Virus record (IMG/VR): IMGVR_UViG_3300034236_000077
Length of the DNA: 34,747 bases
From: a virus
Lineage: Duplodnaviria > Caudoviricetes
Direction: 5' to 3' (one strand)
The notes under the pieces are model-generated. The model did no database searches. It was given only the letters and a program-made list of their open reading frames with translations, and had not been told where the DNA came from. Within the stretch, counting starts at the first letter, position 1; each line of letters begins with the position of its first letter. Shown here piece by piece: positions 1 through 8,758 of the stretch. The position numbers and the translations under genes were made by a program.

Positions 1-396
1 CTAGTTCAGGGAGCAGATCTCCGTTTGCACTGCTCGAATCATGTCCTGCAGCGACATCCGCTTCAGCGCGGCCGCACGCTGCAGGTGCTCGAGGCCGCGG
101 CCTCGGAGCAGGTTGTAGGTGGCCTCCAGCTCGTCGGCCGAGTCGATCAGGTAGTTCCCGTGCGGTTCGGTCATGCTGGTGCCCACGGGCCAGGCGTGAT
201 CGCACACCAGCCGCCGGATCACCTCCTGGGTGCGGCGCCTCGGCAGCCCGGCAGCGCTCGCGATCTCCGGCACCTGGAGGGCGTTCGCCCGGCCCCACTG
301 GAGCACGCGCGCCACGGCGGCCTCGTCGGGATCCAGCTGATCCCATGAGAGCGCCGGACGCGTCGTGTCCAGGTGGAGCGCGAGCTGAGGGTCCAT
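1..396 (-). CDS. Winged-helix DNA-binding protein (131 aa), possible phage regulator
   Basis: Start re-assigned to MDPQLAL (CAT 394-396); wHTH-like segment ALQVPEIASAAGLPRRRTQEVIRRL followed by a wing (GTSMTEPHGNYLI). Confidence 0.7.
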   Translation of the reverse strand: MDPQLALHLDTTRPALSWDQLDPDEAAVARVLQWGRANALQVPEIASAAGLPRRRTQEVIRRLVCDHAWPVGTSMTEPHGNYLIDSADELEATYNLLRGRGLEHLQRAAALKRMSLQDMIRAVQTEICSLN

Positions 397-416
397 TGTT
401 TGTTTCTGTTCTGTCG

Positions 417-737
417 CTACTTCTGCATCGCACGCCTGCGCTTCGCACGTTTGTGCGGATTGCAGATCACGGTATCGCAATAGAGCGCGTTCTTTTCGAT
501 CATTCCGCCACACGACCTGCACAGCGTTGGGTTGGGATCGAAGGTCCACTGCTTTCCTTCCTCGTAGCCCGGTTTCGGTGGCGGCGGTTTCCCGGCTTTC
601 CGGGCCCGTGCGCAAGCCTTCTCGTGCCGGCGCTGCGCTCGCCACCTCTCACCGAACTCTGGATCACTCTGAGCTCGGTCCCGGCAGCGCCGTCTCCACC
701 GCGCCTTCTGCCCCGGAACATCGCCTTTACTGGCCAT
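417..737 (-). CDS. Hypothetical basic protein with C-terminal Cys cluster
   Basis: 106 aa; CRSC...CDTVIC; overlaps upstream gene in a tightly packed operon. Confidence 0.55.
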   Translation of the reverse strand: MASKGDVPGQKARWRRRCRDRAQSDPEFGERWRAQRRHEKACARARKAGKPPPPKPGYEEGKQWTFDPNPTLCRSCGGMIEKNALYCDTVICNPHKRAKRRRAMQK

Positions 738-1005
738 CTGAGAAGCAACCTCGGCAAACCTGCTCTCGTTGCACGTCGGTCTTTCTCCGCCTCATCAGAC
801 GTCCGCAACCGGTACAGCTCCGATAGACGCGCGGAAACCGCTCGAACAGGCACGCATCGCAGCACGGGTATTTGGGTCGCCCTGCTTGCCGACCCGCCGC
901 GATCCACGCACGGAACGCACTGGCCGGCCACGCCCTCTCCTCGCCGTCAGGGCACGTGGGGCAGACGAACCACCGCGCTCTGCTCCTCCTAATTTCTGTG
1001 GCCAT
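727..1005 (-). CDS. Putative double zinc-finger protein
   Basis: 92 aa with four CxxC motifs (CPTC, CDAC, CTGC, CRGC). Confidence 0.65.
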   Translation of the reverse strand: MATEIRRSRARWFVCPTCPDGEERAWPASAFRAWIAAGRQAGRPKYPCCDACLFERFPRVYRSCTGCGRLMRRRKTDVQREQVCRGCFSDGQ

Positions 1006-1324
1006 CGTCGCCTGCCGTGACCCAGCGCTTCCTGCGGGTCTGAAATACCCCGTCCACTCGCAGGAAGTAGGACCCGTCCGCCACGTCCCGGTACAGTACG
1101 CCCGCAGTCATCGCCGACTGCACCGCCTCTTGGACGCGGCCGGAAGCAGCGTTGTACCGGACCAGCGCCGAAACGACCTGCTCGCGTCCCTGCGCGTCGT
1201 ATGGCGGTCCATACCGTTCGTTGGCAGCGCTGCGCAGCAGGAGCGCGACGTGATAGTCGACAGCTGCATCCCAGAGAGCCTGCTTCAGCTCGGCCTGGTT
1301 CGGCACGGAGAACGGGCGTTTCAT
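989..1324 (-). CDS. Hypothetical protein
   Basis: 111 aa; ATGA start/stop overlap with upstream gene. Confidence 0.6.
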   Translation of the reverse strand: MKRPFSVPNQAELKQALWDAAVDYHVALLLRSAANERYGPPYDAQGREQVVSALVRYNAASGRVQEAVQSAMTAGVLYRDVADGSYFLRVDGVFQTRRKRWVTAGDDGHRN

Positions 1325-1611
1325 AGATCGAGACCGCGCTCCTCAGCAACCGCTTCGAACGCGACGCGCATGCACCTGGTGAAGCCGTCCCTTTCCTCTT
1401 CCCAGTCCTCGATGTCGATCTCCTCGGCCTCACCGCAGACGTCGCAGCGGATCTCCACCCTGGCACTGAGATCGTTGTTCGAGTCAGTGGATTGCGCGAA
1501 CCCCGCCTCGCTCGCGTTCAAGTCATACACATCGTCAGTGACACCGAGGAACCGAACCTGTACGCCCTCGTGGCAGAACCTTTTGTAGTCGGTCTCAGTA
1601 CGCATCGACAC
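1321..1611 (-). CDS. Hypothetical acidic protein with CxxC
   Basis: 96 aa; GGAGG-type SD upstream; CDVC motif; ATG at 1605 is an alternative start. Confidence 0.6.
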   Translation of the reverse strand: MSMRTETDYKRFCHEGVQVRFLGVTDDVYDLNASEAGFAQSTDSNNDLSARVEIRCDVCGEAEEIDIEDWEEERDGFTRCMRVAFEAVAEERGLDL

Positions 1612-2068
1612 CTTCCTCCTCGACGGAGAGAACTTCGGCGCTGGCCGGATTGCGCAGCGCGGCGTGGAACGTCAGCTGCTGGCGGATCCAGGCGGTGCCT
1701 CCCCCGTGCAGCGCGGCGAAGTGGCCGTTGATGTGGACCCGCACCACGTAGGTCACCCCCGCCTCGTCGACGGCGCGGGCGAGGGCGCCGCGATCGGCAT
1801 AGCCCGACAGCCAGGCGATGCAGGCGTCCAGGACGTCACTCGGTGTGTGCGCCTTGGTGAGCTCGCCCAGGGCATCTCGCATGGCCACGCTCCACGCGCC
1901 CGGTAGCGGCGGGGCCAGCCTCTCCTCGGCAGCCGATCCTTCGCGGGATCCCCGCGTGGATCTGCGGGCGAGGTTCCCCACCAGGTGGACCAGCGACGCC
2001 GCCACATCCGCGTGGCCATGCAACCCTGCGAGCCGCTGCAGGTCCTCGTGGATAGCCGCGGCGCTCAC
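1595..2068 (-). CDS. Hypothetical protein
   Basis: Start re-assigned to GTG in the GTGA overlap with the upstream stop at 2065-2067; 157 aa. Confidence 0.55.
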   Translation of the reverse strand: MSAAAIHEDLQRLAGLHGHADVAASLVHLVGNLARRSTRGSREGSAAEERLAPPLPGAWSVAMRDALGELTKAHTPSDVLDACIAWLSGYADRGALARAVDEAGVTYVVRVHINGHFAALHGGGTAWIRQQLTFHAALRNPASAEVLSVEEEGVDAY

Positions 2069-2364
2069 GAGAGCCACACGTCGCGAGATTCGACCGATGC
2101 CATCGGGTGCCCGGAGTCGCAATGAGTCGTCTCGTACATGAGCACTTCGTGCCCAGTCCCCATGTCGGCCAGGGCGACGGTGCGCCGCTGGGTCATCGGC
2201 GAGGGCACCTCCACGATCGAGACGATCACCAGGTCCATGAGGCGCCCGTCAGGCAGGATGTAGATCGTCGCAAGGGCATCGCCGGGCGGGAGCTTGCTCG
2301 CCGCCTCGATGTCGCGCAGGACGGACTCATTAGGGTTTCCATCTTCATCGAATATCGAGATCAC
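2065..2364 (-). CDS. Hypothetical protein
   Basis: GTGA-coupled start at 2364 (VISIFDEDGNPNESVLRDIE...); 99 aa. Confidence 0.55.
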   Translation of the reverse strand: MISIFDEDGNPNESVLRDIEAASKLPPGDALATIYILPDGRLMDLVIVSIVEVPSPMTQRRTVALADMGTGHEVLMYETTHCDSGHPMASVESRDVWLS

Positions 2365-2555
2365 GACGACCGGCCCCCGAAGAGGGCACGCACGGCGCGC
2401 AGGACTGCGCGGCGCACGTGCTCGTGGAAGAAGACGCACCGGAACCGGCTCGGCAGCGCGTACTGCTCGACGACGCGTTGCCGGGCGGCGTGGCAGGTGA
2501 CCCGGTACGGGCAGCTGCTGCACACGCCGGCGGGCGAGTACTCGCCACCACTCAC
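2361..2555 (-). CDS. Small Cys-rich hypothetical protein
   Basis: GTGA-coupled start at 2555; 64 aa; CSSC-x5-C...C. Confidence 0.5.
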   Translation of the reverse strand: MSGGEYSPAGVCSSCPYRVTCHAARQRVVEQYALPSRFRCVFFHEHVRRAVLRAVRALFGGRSS

Positions 2556-2869
2556 GGGGCCACCCTGAGCACCCGGTGGAACAGCCGCTCGGCCCCGACG
2601 ATCTCCGGCGAGCGATCCATCTCGTGGACCCAGGACACGTCGATCGGCTCGGTCGGGGGTGTGCCGAGAGGCGGGTCCAGGTCGACGATGCGGCGCGCCC
2701 GGCACTGCGGGTTGCGGCACTCCTCGTAATCGTGCGAGCGGGTGCCGGCCTCCTTACGCCAGTCGTGGGCGTCCCCGCAGGGGCTCCCGGCGGGAACGAG
2801 GAGCACCGCCTCGCGGCTCTTCCGGCCCGGTAGCGGAAAGAACGGAAGTCGGAGCGGAAGCCGGCTCAT
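2552..2869 (-). CDS. Hypothetical protein, possible Zn-binding
   Basis: 105 aa; C-x3-H...C-x4-C; ATGA overlap with the ATPase stop. Confidence 0.55.
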   Translation of the reverse strand: MSRLPLRLPFFPLPGRKSREAVLLVPAGSPCGDAHDWRKEAGTRSHDYEECRNPQCRARRIVDLDPPLGTPPTEPIDVSWVHEMDRSPEIVGAERLFHRVLRVAP

Positions 2870-4089
2870 GCGGACCCCCAGCGCTGGAGTTCCTCCCGCG
2901 TGGCGCTGAACACGTCCTCGACATGCTCCGCCGTGACGCGATCATCGCCCAGGACGTTGGCGCGGTTCAGGGCGGCGGTCGCGCAGTTGTTGACCTGCAG
3001 CGCGATCTGCTGGCGGTGGACCCCGAGGCGCCGCTCGATCTCCATGATCGCGTCGTCCTCGAACAGGGCGTCGACCTTCGCGTCGCCCACGAGCGCCAGC
3101 CGGGCGGCGATGTAGCCGCGGACCTCACCCCGCTCGATCATCGGACCCAGCTCCATCGTCGTGCAGCGCAGCGCCACCTCGGTCAGGATGGGGCTGCGCT
3201 CAGGGTCCATGCGGGTGCGCAGCTCGTGCTGGCCAACGAGCAGGATCCCGAGGAGAGCCAGGTACCCGTGCCGCACCTCGTGCAGGCGCTTCAGGTCCTT
3301 CAGCGTTTCGATCGGGAGCTCGTGCGCCTCGTCGATCGCCAGGATGACGCGATGCCCGGCCTTGTACAGGCGGAGCAGGACCTCGGCGAGCATCGCGTCC
3401 CGGGCGTTGACGTTCCGCGGGGTGACCTGGTCGGGCGAGTCGGCCAGCTGCCGGAGCAGCTCGGCGACGATGTGGTGCGCGGTCATCCGCCGGCGCTCGA
3501 TGTTGGCCGGCGCCACGACGATCAGCTTGCCGGCGGTGAGCTCGGCCGCGTCGTGCAGCGCGCGGTCCCGCAGCAGGCTCTTGCCGACGCCGGGCTGGCC
3601 ATACAGCGCCATCATGCCGGCACGGGTGATGACCTGCGTGAGCCGCATCAGCGCCGCGCGGTGGGCTGCGCTGAGGTAGATGTTCATGAGCCGCGGCTTG
3701 CCGTCGGCGTCGGCGATCGCCTCCGGCGCGAACGGGTCTCGGAAGAGCCGGTGCTTCGCGAGCACCGTCTCCGAAAGGAACTGCGCTTCCATCAGGACCT
3801 CCGGACGAGGTGTGGCGGTGTTGGGGCGCGCCGGGCGGCGGCGCGCCCCGGCGGGTTCGGGCCCGATCTTCTCCCACAGGTCCGCGGGTACGGGGACGTT
3901 GCGCTCGCGGAGGACGGCCTCGACGTCGGCCCGAGGGGAGCCCTTCTGTTCCTCGCGCTTGCCCGCGAGGAACAGAGACCAGCTGGTCTTGCTCCGGCCG
4001 CGGCGGTCCACCAGGTCGTTCAGGTGGATGCCGTGCTCGGCCAGGTAGTCCCGCGCGCGGTACGCGACGGCGACGGGAGGCGGGCTCAT
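2866..4089 (-). CDS. Transposition AAA+ ATPase (MuB/ExeA-like) with N-terminal HTH-like domain
   Basis: Walker A GQPGVGKS; Walker B LAIDEAH; LVGQ motif; start at the ATGA overlap, 4089 (407 aa). Confidence 0.88.
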   Translation of the reverse strand: MSPPPVAVAYRARDYLAEHGIHLNDLVDRRGRSKTSWSLFLAGKREEQKGSPRADVEAVLRERNVPVPADLWEKIGPEPAGARRRPARPNTATPRPEVLMEAQFLSETVLAKHRLFRDPFAPEAIADADGKPRLMNIYLSAAHRAALMRLTQVITRAGMMALYGQPGVGKSLLRDRALHDAAELTAGKLIVVAPANIERRRMTAHHIVAELLRQLADSPDQVTPRNVNARDAMLAEVLLRLYKAGHRVILAIDEAHELPIETLKDLKRLHEVRHGYLALLGILLVGQHELRTRMDPERSPILTEVALRCTTMELGPMIERGEVRGYIAARLALVGDAKVDALFEDDAIMEIERRLGVHRQQIALQVNNCATAALNRANVLGDDRVTAEHVEDVFSATREELQRWGSA

Positions 4090-4358
4090 CGGCGGGTGTC
4101 CTCCGGGCGGGAGGTGTTGAGGAGGATCGCCACCGACCAGTCCCCGAGCGGGTCCTGGTCGACGGTGATCTGAACGGCGACGGTGTAGCCGTTCGGCACC
4201 TCGGGAAGGAGCCGGGCTACGGCTTGGCGCGACCGCTCCGCCAGGACTGCGGCCGTGGAGGAGATGTGCGCGGCGTTCTTCTCCTGGAAGAGCTGCCATG
4301 CGACGCTGAGCGCGCGAAGGATCGCGCCCTTCTTGGCCGAGGCGGTGAGCCGGACCAT
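4086..4358 (-). CDS. Hypothetical protein
   Basis: Start MVRLTAS at a TGATG overlap; 90 aa. Confidence 0.55.
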   Translation of the reverse strand: MVRLTASAKKGAILRALSVAWQLFQEKNAAHISSTAAVLAERSRQAVARLLPEVPNGYTVAVQITVDQDPLGDWSVAILLNTSRPEDTRR

Positions 4359-4684
4359 CAGAAATCCGGCTGGTCGAACGTGGGCAGATCGGTCGTGCCG
4401 CTGCGCACCTCGCGCACGACGCGGCGGATCTGCTCTTCCATTGCCATTCGCTTGCGTGACTCGGCGATGTAGAACCGCCGCCGGATCTCGTTGGCGGCCT
4501 CGGTGCAGAGGGTGCACGCGTAGCCCAGCGCGCCGTCTTTCGTGCGCGTGGACGCCGCGACCATGGTCCCGCAGGTCTCGCAGGCCGCCGCCGGCGTCAC
4601 GCGGGCGGCGAGGTCGGGGCGGCTGGTCTCGGCGTTGACGTCGGGCAGCCGGGCGGCGAGGGTGTGGGGCGTGGGATTACACAC
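4358..4684 (-). CDS. Putative zinc-ribbon protein
   Basis: GTG start with GGAGG SD; CETC...CTLC; 108 aa. Confidence 0.55.
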   Translation of the reverse strand: MCNPTPHTLAARLPDVNAETSRPDLAARVTPAAACETCGTMVAASTRTKDGALGYACTLCTEAANEIRRRFYIAESRKRMAMEEQIRRVVREVRSGTTDLPTFDQPDF

Positions 4685-4955
4685 GTGCCGCCTCCTTGAC
4701 CGCCGCCGCCACCTGCGGCTCGTCGGCGTAAACACCGCTGTCGATATGGCCCTGCAGTACGAAGGCGAAGTCTAGAGGGCCCATCAGCAGCATCCCGCGC
4801 CAAGTGCGGGTCCACACCCACAGAGCGCCTGGCACGTCGCAGCGCGGGCTCCACCCACGCTTCCGCAGGTAGTCCTGCTTGCGGTACTTGAGGTTTTCTT
4901 CCGTGGCTGCGATGCGCCGGTAGGGCCGCAGGTCCACCTTCTGGGAATCACGCAT
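4677..4955 (-). CDS. Hypothetical protein
   Basis: Start MRDSQKV with GGAGGT SD; 92 aa; Trp-rich. Confidence 0.55.
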   Translation of the reverse strand: MRDSQKVDLRPYRRIAATEENLKYRKQDYLRKRGWSPRCDVPGALWVWTRTWRGMLLMGPLDFAFVLQGHIDSGVYADEPQVAAAVKEAARV

Positions 4956-5331
4956 GGGCCACCTCCGCCCGCCCCTGCTGAACCTCCTCCTCCGGTCGGG
5001 CGAAAGCCTCGCTGGGCAACTCGCGCTGGGACAGCGACACCGCCCACGCGCACATGGTCGTGGACATTTGCTCCGACAGCTCCATCGGGCCGAGCGAGTT
5101 GAGGACGCTCTGCGCGAAGCTGCAGGCGTATAGCGCGGTCGTCGCTGAGCTGAGGATGACCGCGGTGGTGGGATCGGATACCAGGGCGACGATCTCGCCC
5201 TCATGGTTCCGGAGCCCGTACCACCCACCCACCCGCACGATCGGGAGGGGCATCGCCTCGGGCGTCTCGCGCGCCCAGGCGAGCTCGTCCGGTACGGTGA
5301 CCGGAACTGCGGGAAGCTTGTGTGATGGCAT
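4948..5331 (-). CDS. Hypothetical protein
   Basis: 127 aa; directly downstream of the transposase; GAGGAAGG upstream. Confidence 0.55.
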   Translation of the reverse strand: MPSHKLPAVPVTVPDELAWARETPEAMPLPIVRVGGWYGLRNHEGEIVALVSDPTTAVILSSATTALYACSFAQSVLNSLGPMELSEQMSTTMCAWAVSLSQRELPSEAFARPEEEVQQGRAEVAHA

Positions 5332-5375
5332 GGCAGGGTTGTCGCCTTCCTCGAAAGTTTTGCGGTGCCGGTTTT

Positions 5376-7049
5376 CTACGCCGACACCAGGGTGAGCCGC
5401 GGGCCCTGGTGGCCTTCCCCGCGGTCCTTCAGAAACTCCTCAAGCTCAACCTCTGGGATCTCCGGCCGTCCGCAGATCAGCGCCTCGATCACGAGTCTGT
5501 CGGCTGCGCTGGGCGGAGTTCCGATCAGCTTCTCCGCCGCGAGGCGGTCGATCACCTTGCTCCGGCGGATGAGCCGCGTGGGCGCGGCGGCGGCGGCGAG
5601 CGGGTGTTCCACCTCCTGGGGCCGGCCGACGTAGGTCGTCTCCGACTTCCGGACCCGGTAGTCGAGCACCAGGTGCGGATCGATCGGCACGACCTGGCCA
5701 GCGGCGTCGATGATGGACAGCTCCCGGCTGAGCAGATCGCGCTTGCGTTCCACGCCGGCGGGCACCGGCGCGCTCTTGAACTCGCCCGCCGCGTCCGGCA
5801 TGGCCTCCTGGGCCGCGATCTCGTGCTCCTCGCGATCGAGCACCACGGTGATGCGGCTCATGTCCGCATCGAGGTACAGCACCGGAACCTTGGTCTTCAG
5901 GAAGTCGATGAACGGCGCGCGGCGGGGCAGCTGGTACGTCGTGCCCTTCAGCTCGATCGTGAGGTCGGTACGCACCAGGCGCGTCGTCTCCTGGTAGCTG
6001 AGCCGCCGCGTGATCTCCGAATCGGGTAGCAGCCGCACCTGGGCGCCGTTGCCGAGCCATCGCTGGAACGGGGCGATGTTCGTCTCGGAATGCGGGCGGC
6101 GATTGAGCGCGACGAGGAATTTCCAGAGCGCCTGGTTCATCTCCTCCATCCCGTCGAACCGGCGCCACCTGGTCACCTTCTCGAACGCCTGCACGATCCT
6201 GACGGCCGCTTCCACCTTGCCCTTCGCCTGGGCATTGGTCTCGTGTTCGGTGGAGGGCTTCGCGTGGGTGAGCTCGACTTCCAGCTGAGCCATCGCGCGC
6301 TTCAGCAGCCCCGAACGGATGCCGGATCCCTGGTCCGCGTACACGCGTTCCGGTACGCCGTAGGCCGGCCAGATCGTCGGGTCCGCCGGCTTGCGCCACG
6401 ACTTGAGCATCAGGTCGAGCCAGCTCAGGCCGTCCTCGGAGTTGTAGAAGCGGCCCCACCTGACGCGTGTGTGGTCGTCCACCATCACGATCAGCCACAC
6501 CCGCGGGCGGCCGTTGCCATCCTTGTTCTTGTTGCGGACGACGGCTGCCTCGTAGCCGATGGTGTTGTCCTTATCGATGTAGTAGGAGTGGGCGCAGGTC
6601 GAGTCGATCTGCATGAGGTAGCCCGGGTAGGGCGCCTCCCACCGGCGGTGCACGCGCAGGTCGGTGGCGTTGTCACGCCGGCTGATCCGGTCCTCCCGCA
6701 GGTAGCGCCGGAGCGTCTCCGGGTGACACGCGAGCTCCGGCAGCCCGGCGTTCACGCGGGCCGCGTTGTACGTGTCGATCGCCAACTCGGCGTCGTAGTC
6801 GTAGCGGACCACCATGGCCGCGATCGTGAGGTACTCTTCCTCGTCCATGGCCCGCTTGGCGCCGGCGTCCGAGCGCCGCTTCCGGACACGCACCGTCCCC
6901 TCGAGCGCGCGGTAGATCGTGCTCGGATTGACGGAGAGGGCATCGGCCTTCTCTCTCACGAACCGCGAGCGTTGGCCGTGCGGGATCCGCTCGGCCGCGC
7001 GGCGCAGCTCGTCCAGTACTTCGTAGGACAGCGAAGGCGTGCGCGGCAT
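5376..7049 (-). CDS. Mu-like DDE transposase (MuA-like, rve core, Mu-transposase C-terminal domain)
   Basis: N-terminal HTH followed by RKRRSDAG; catalytic D (MQIDST), D (YADQGS), E (AKGKVEAAVR); N.RPHS...P motif; beta-rich C-terminus. Confidence 0.92.
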   Translation of the reverse strand: MPRTPSLSYEVLDELRRAAERIPHGQRSRFVREKADALSVNPSTIYRALEGTVRVRKRRSDAGAKRAMDEEEYLTIAAMVVRYDYDAELAIDTYNAARVNAGLPELACHPETLRRYLREDRISRRDNATDLRVHRRWEAPYPGYLMQIDSTCAHSYYIDKDNTIGYEAAVVRNKNKDGNGRPRVWLIVMVDDHTRVRWGRFYNSEDGLSWLDLMLKSWRKPADPTIWPAYGVPERVYADQGSGIRSGLLKRAMAQLEVELTHAKPSTEHETNAQAKGKVEAAVRIVQAFEKVTRWRRFDGMEEMNQALWKFLVALNRRPHSETNIAPFQRWLGNGAQVRLLPDSEITRRLSYQETTRLVRTDLTIELKGTTYQLPRRAPFIDFLKTKVPVLYLDADMSRITVVLDREEHEIAAQEAMPDAAGEFKSAPVPAGVERKRDLLSRELSIIDAAGQVVPIDPHLVLDYRVRKSETTYVGRPQEVEHPLAAAAAPTRLIRRSKVIDRLAAEKLIGTPPSAADRLVIEALICGRPEIPEVELEEFLKDRGEGHQGPRLTLVSA

Positions 7050-7050
7050 T

Positions 7051-7482
7051 TCAGGCGGCGGCTACGGGCAGCGCGTGGGTTTCGGTGCGGCCAGCGCGGG
7101 TGCGGCGACCGCGGATGCGCGCGACACCGCGCAGCTTCTCAACACTGAAGTCAATCCGGTCCCCATTCCCCCAGAGCGCGTCCGTCGCGTACTTGGCACG
7201 GAATGCCTGAATTGCTGCGGCAACCGTCTCCAGCCGCGCGGGGGACATACGGTCGGCCCCGAAAGTCGCCTCACCTGCGGCCGTCCAGGCCTCGTCCCAG
7301 CGGCGGTTCCTCTGGTCTCCAATAGCGAGCAGCGCGGGGACGAGATCCACGGCGTAGTCGGAGCGGCGCCAGGCCGGGAGCGCAGCGTCGAGGCACTCCT
7401 CCATCTCACGGCGCGCAGCCTCGTATGCTCGTGAAGCTTCTTCGGACACGAACGCGTCGAATTCATTCTTATCACGCAGCAT
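7051..7482 (-). CDS. Hypothetical protein
   Basis: Helical 143 aa ORF between DUF3102-like gene and transposase; GAGGGG SD before ATG 7482. Confidence 0.55.
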   Translation of the reverse strand: MLRDKNEFDAFVSEEASRAYEAARREMEECLDAALPAWRRSDYAVDLVPALLAIGDQRNRRWDEAWTAAGEATFGADRMSPARLETVAAAIQAFRAKYATDALWGNGDRIDFSVEKLRGVARIRGRRTRAGRTETHALPVAAA

Positions 7483-7484
7483 CG

Positions 7485-8354
7485 TCACCACCCCTCGTTG
7501 AGGTCGCGCGCCGCCGCGGCGAGCGCGTTGGGATCGAAGTCGTTGTCGCCCACCAGCTCGGCCGGGGAAGCCGCCCCCGCACCGTAGTCGATCAGCACGT
7601 TGAGTTCGCTCTGGAGCTGCCGGACGAACCGCAGCACCAGCTGAGGATCCGGCTCGTCGCGGCAGACGATGTCGTTGAGCAGGCGCAGGTGCCGGAAGGC
7701 TCGCCCGAATTCCTCCTCCATCGGCGAGAGGTCCTGGATCTCGGCCCGCTTCTCCAGCTCCTTTGCTCGCGTGATCGCTTTGGTGAGGCTGTCCTGCAGC
7801 GTGCCGAACTGCTCCTGGCCCACCTTCAACTGCTCCCGCATTGCGGCGACTTCCGCAGCGACGTCGTCCATCAGCTCGCGGATCTCTTCCTTGTGGTCCG
7901 CGTCGAGCGGCACGCGCTTGCCGTTCGGGAATTCCACCTCCCCGCTCTCCAGCAGCCGAGGCCGCTCGGCTTCCGGGATCGCGCGCAGAGTCCGCAGCGT
8001 GCCTCTGCTGAGGCCCATGTCCGCCGCGGCCTGGAGGAACTCCGCGCCGAGCTCGTCCAGGAGCACGAGCCGCTCGTCGACGGTGCGCCGAGACGGCTCC
8101 CCAGGCAGCAGCTGGCAGAACTCCGCCCAGGTCACGCCGAGGGCGGAGTACGCTTCGCTGTCCTTGACCTGCTTCAGGGTGATCAGCATCGACACATCGC
8201 TGCTCGCCCTGGAGAACATGAAAGCGCTGGCCATCCCGAGCCGGCGAACGACGTCCAGCGCCGCGGCCTGTTCGCTCCTGGTACTCAGCAGCTGCTGGAA
8301 CCGGGACGGGACTGGCGCCAGCCGCCCACTTTCCGTGGTCAGATTTTGCGTCAT
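7485..8354 (-). CDS. DUF3102-like protein of Mu-like prophages
   Basis: Start at the TGATG overlap with the Ner-like stop; TWAEFC...SRRTVDERL..L..LG.EF motif and coiled coil; typical position upstream of the transposase. Confidence 0.65.
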   Translation of the reverse strand: MTQNLTTESGRLAPVPSRFQQLLSTRSEQAAALDVVRRLGMASAFMFSRASSDVSMLITLKQVKDSEAYSALGVTWAEFCQLLPGEPSRRTVDERLVLLDELGAEFLQAAADMGLSRGTLRTLRAIPEAERPRLLESGEVEFPNGKRVPLDADHKEEIRELMDDVAAEVAAMREQLKVGQEQFGTLQDSLTKAITRAKELEKRAEIQDLSPMEEEFGRAFRHLRLLNDIVCRDEPDPQLVLRFVRQLQSELNVLIDYGAGAASPAELVGDNDFDPNALAAAARDLNEGW

Positions 8355-8635
8355 CACTGGGTTTTTTCCGGGACGGAGTGGCGCCGCGGCGCCACTTTGG
8401 ACACAGCGGACGGCGGGGTCAGGGGTGCCGTCGGCCAAAGAACAGGAGCCTTAGCCGGAATCTTCGCGGCCGCCTCGGCAACGGCGGCCTGGATGCGCGC
8501 GCGCTGCTCCGGCTTGGACCACCTGTCGGCCAGATACTTGTAGAGCGTCTGGCGGCTGAGCCCTGTCTCGCGAGCCAGCATGCTCACGGTCAGGCCCACG
8601 TCGATCAGAGCTTTCTTGATTTCGGCCGATACCAT
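8354..8635 (-). CDS. Ner/Cro-like HTH regulator
   Basis: EIKKALIDVGLTVSMLARETGLSRQTLYKYL; first gene of the early operon, divergent from the repressor. Confidence 0.8.
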   Translation of the reverse strand: MVSAEIKKALIDVGLTVSMLARETGLSRQTLYKYLADRWSKPEQRARIQAAVAEAAAKIPAKAPVLWPTAPLTPPSAVSKVAPRRHSVPEKTQ

Positions 8636-8652
8636 GTGTAGCTTGTGCCGGG

Positions 8653-8666
8653 TTTACATGTGTCAA
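8653..8666. promoter_or_regulatory. Putative operator (imperfect palindrome TTTACATGTGTCAA)
   Basis: Near-dyad sequence just downstream of the early promoter; contains a second TTGACA on the minus strand. Confidence 0.4.
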
Positions 8667-8678
8667 CGTTCGATGGAA

Positions 8679-8708
8679 ATATTACCAGCTTAATGGAAGT
8701 GTTGTCAA
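8679..8708 (-). promoter_or_regulatory. Early leftward sigma70-type promoter
   Basis: Minus strand TTGACA (8708-8703), 18-nt spacer, TAATAT (8684-8679) with TGn extension, in an AT-rich intergenic region. Confidence 0.7.
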
Positions 8709-8758
8709 CCCTCTTCACAGCACTGATTCCAAACCCTTCATCTTAAACGGTTTCCAAC

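Noticed and set aside
397-645. N-terminal extension of the ORF-track 214-aa protein
   Set aside because: Overlaps the 417-737 gene; the ATG at 396 is the more plausible start. The same reasoning shortened several other early-operon ORFs
2866-7049. Tn7-like or CRISPR-associated transposon (TnsB + TnsC)
   Set aside because: No TniQ/TnsD, TnsA, cas genes or array; the context is a full virion module, so this is a Mu-like phage
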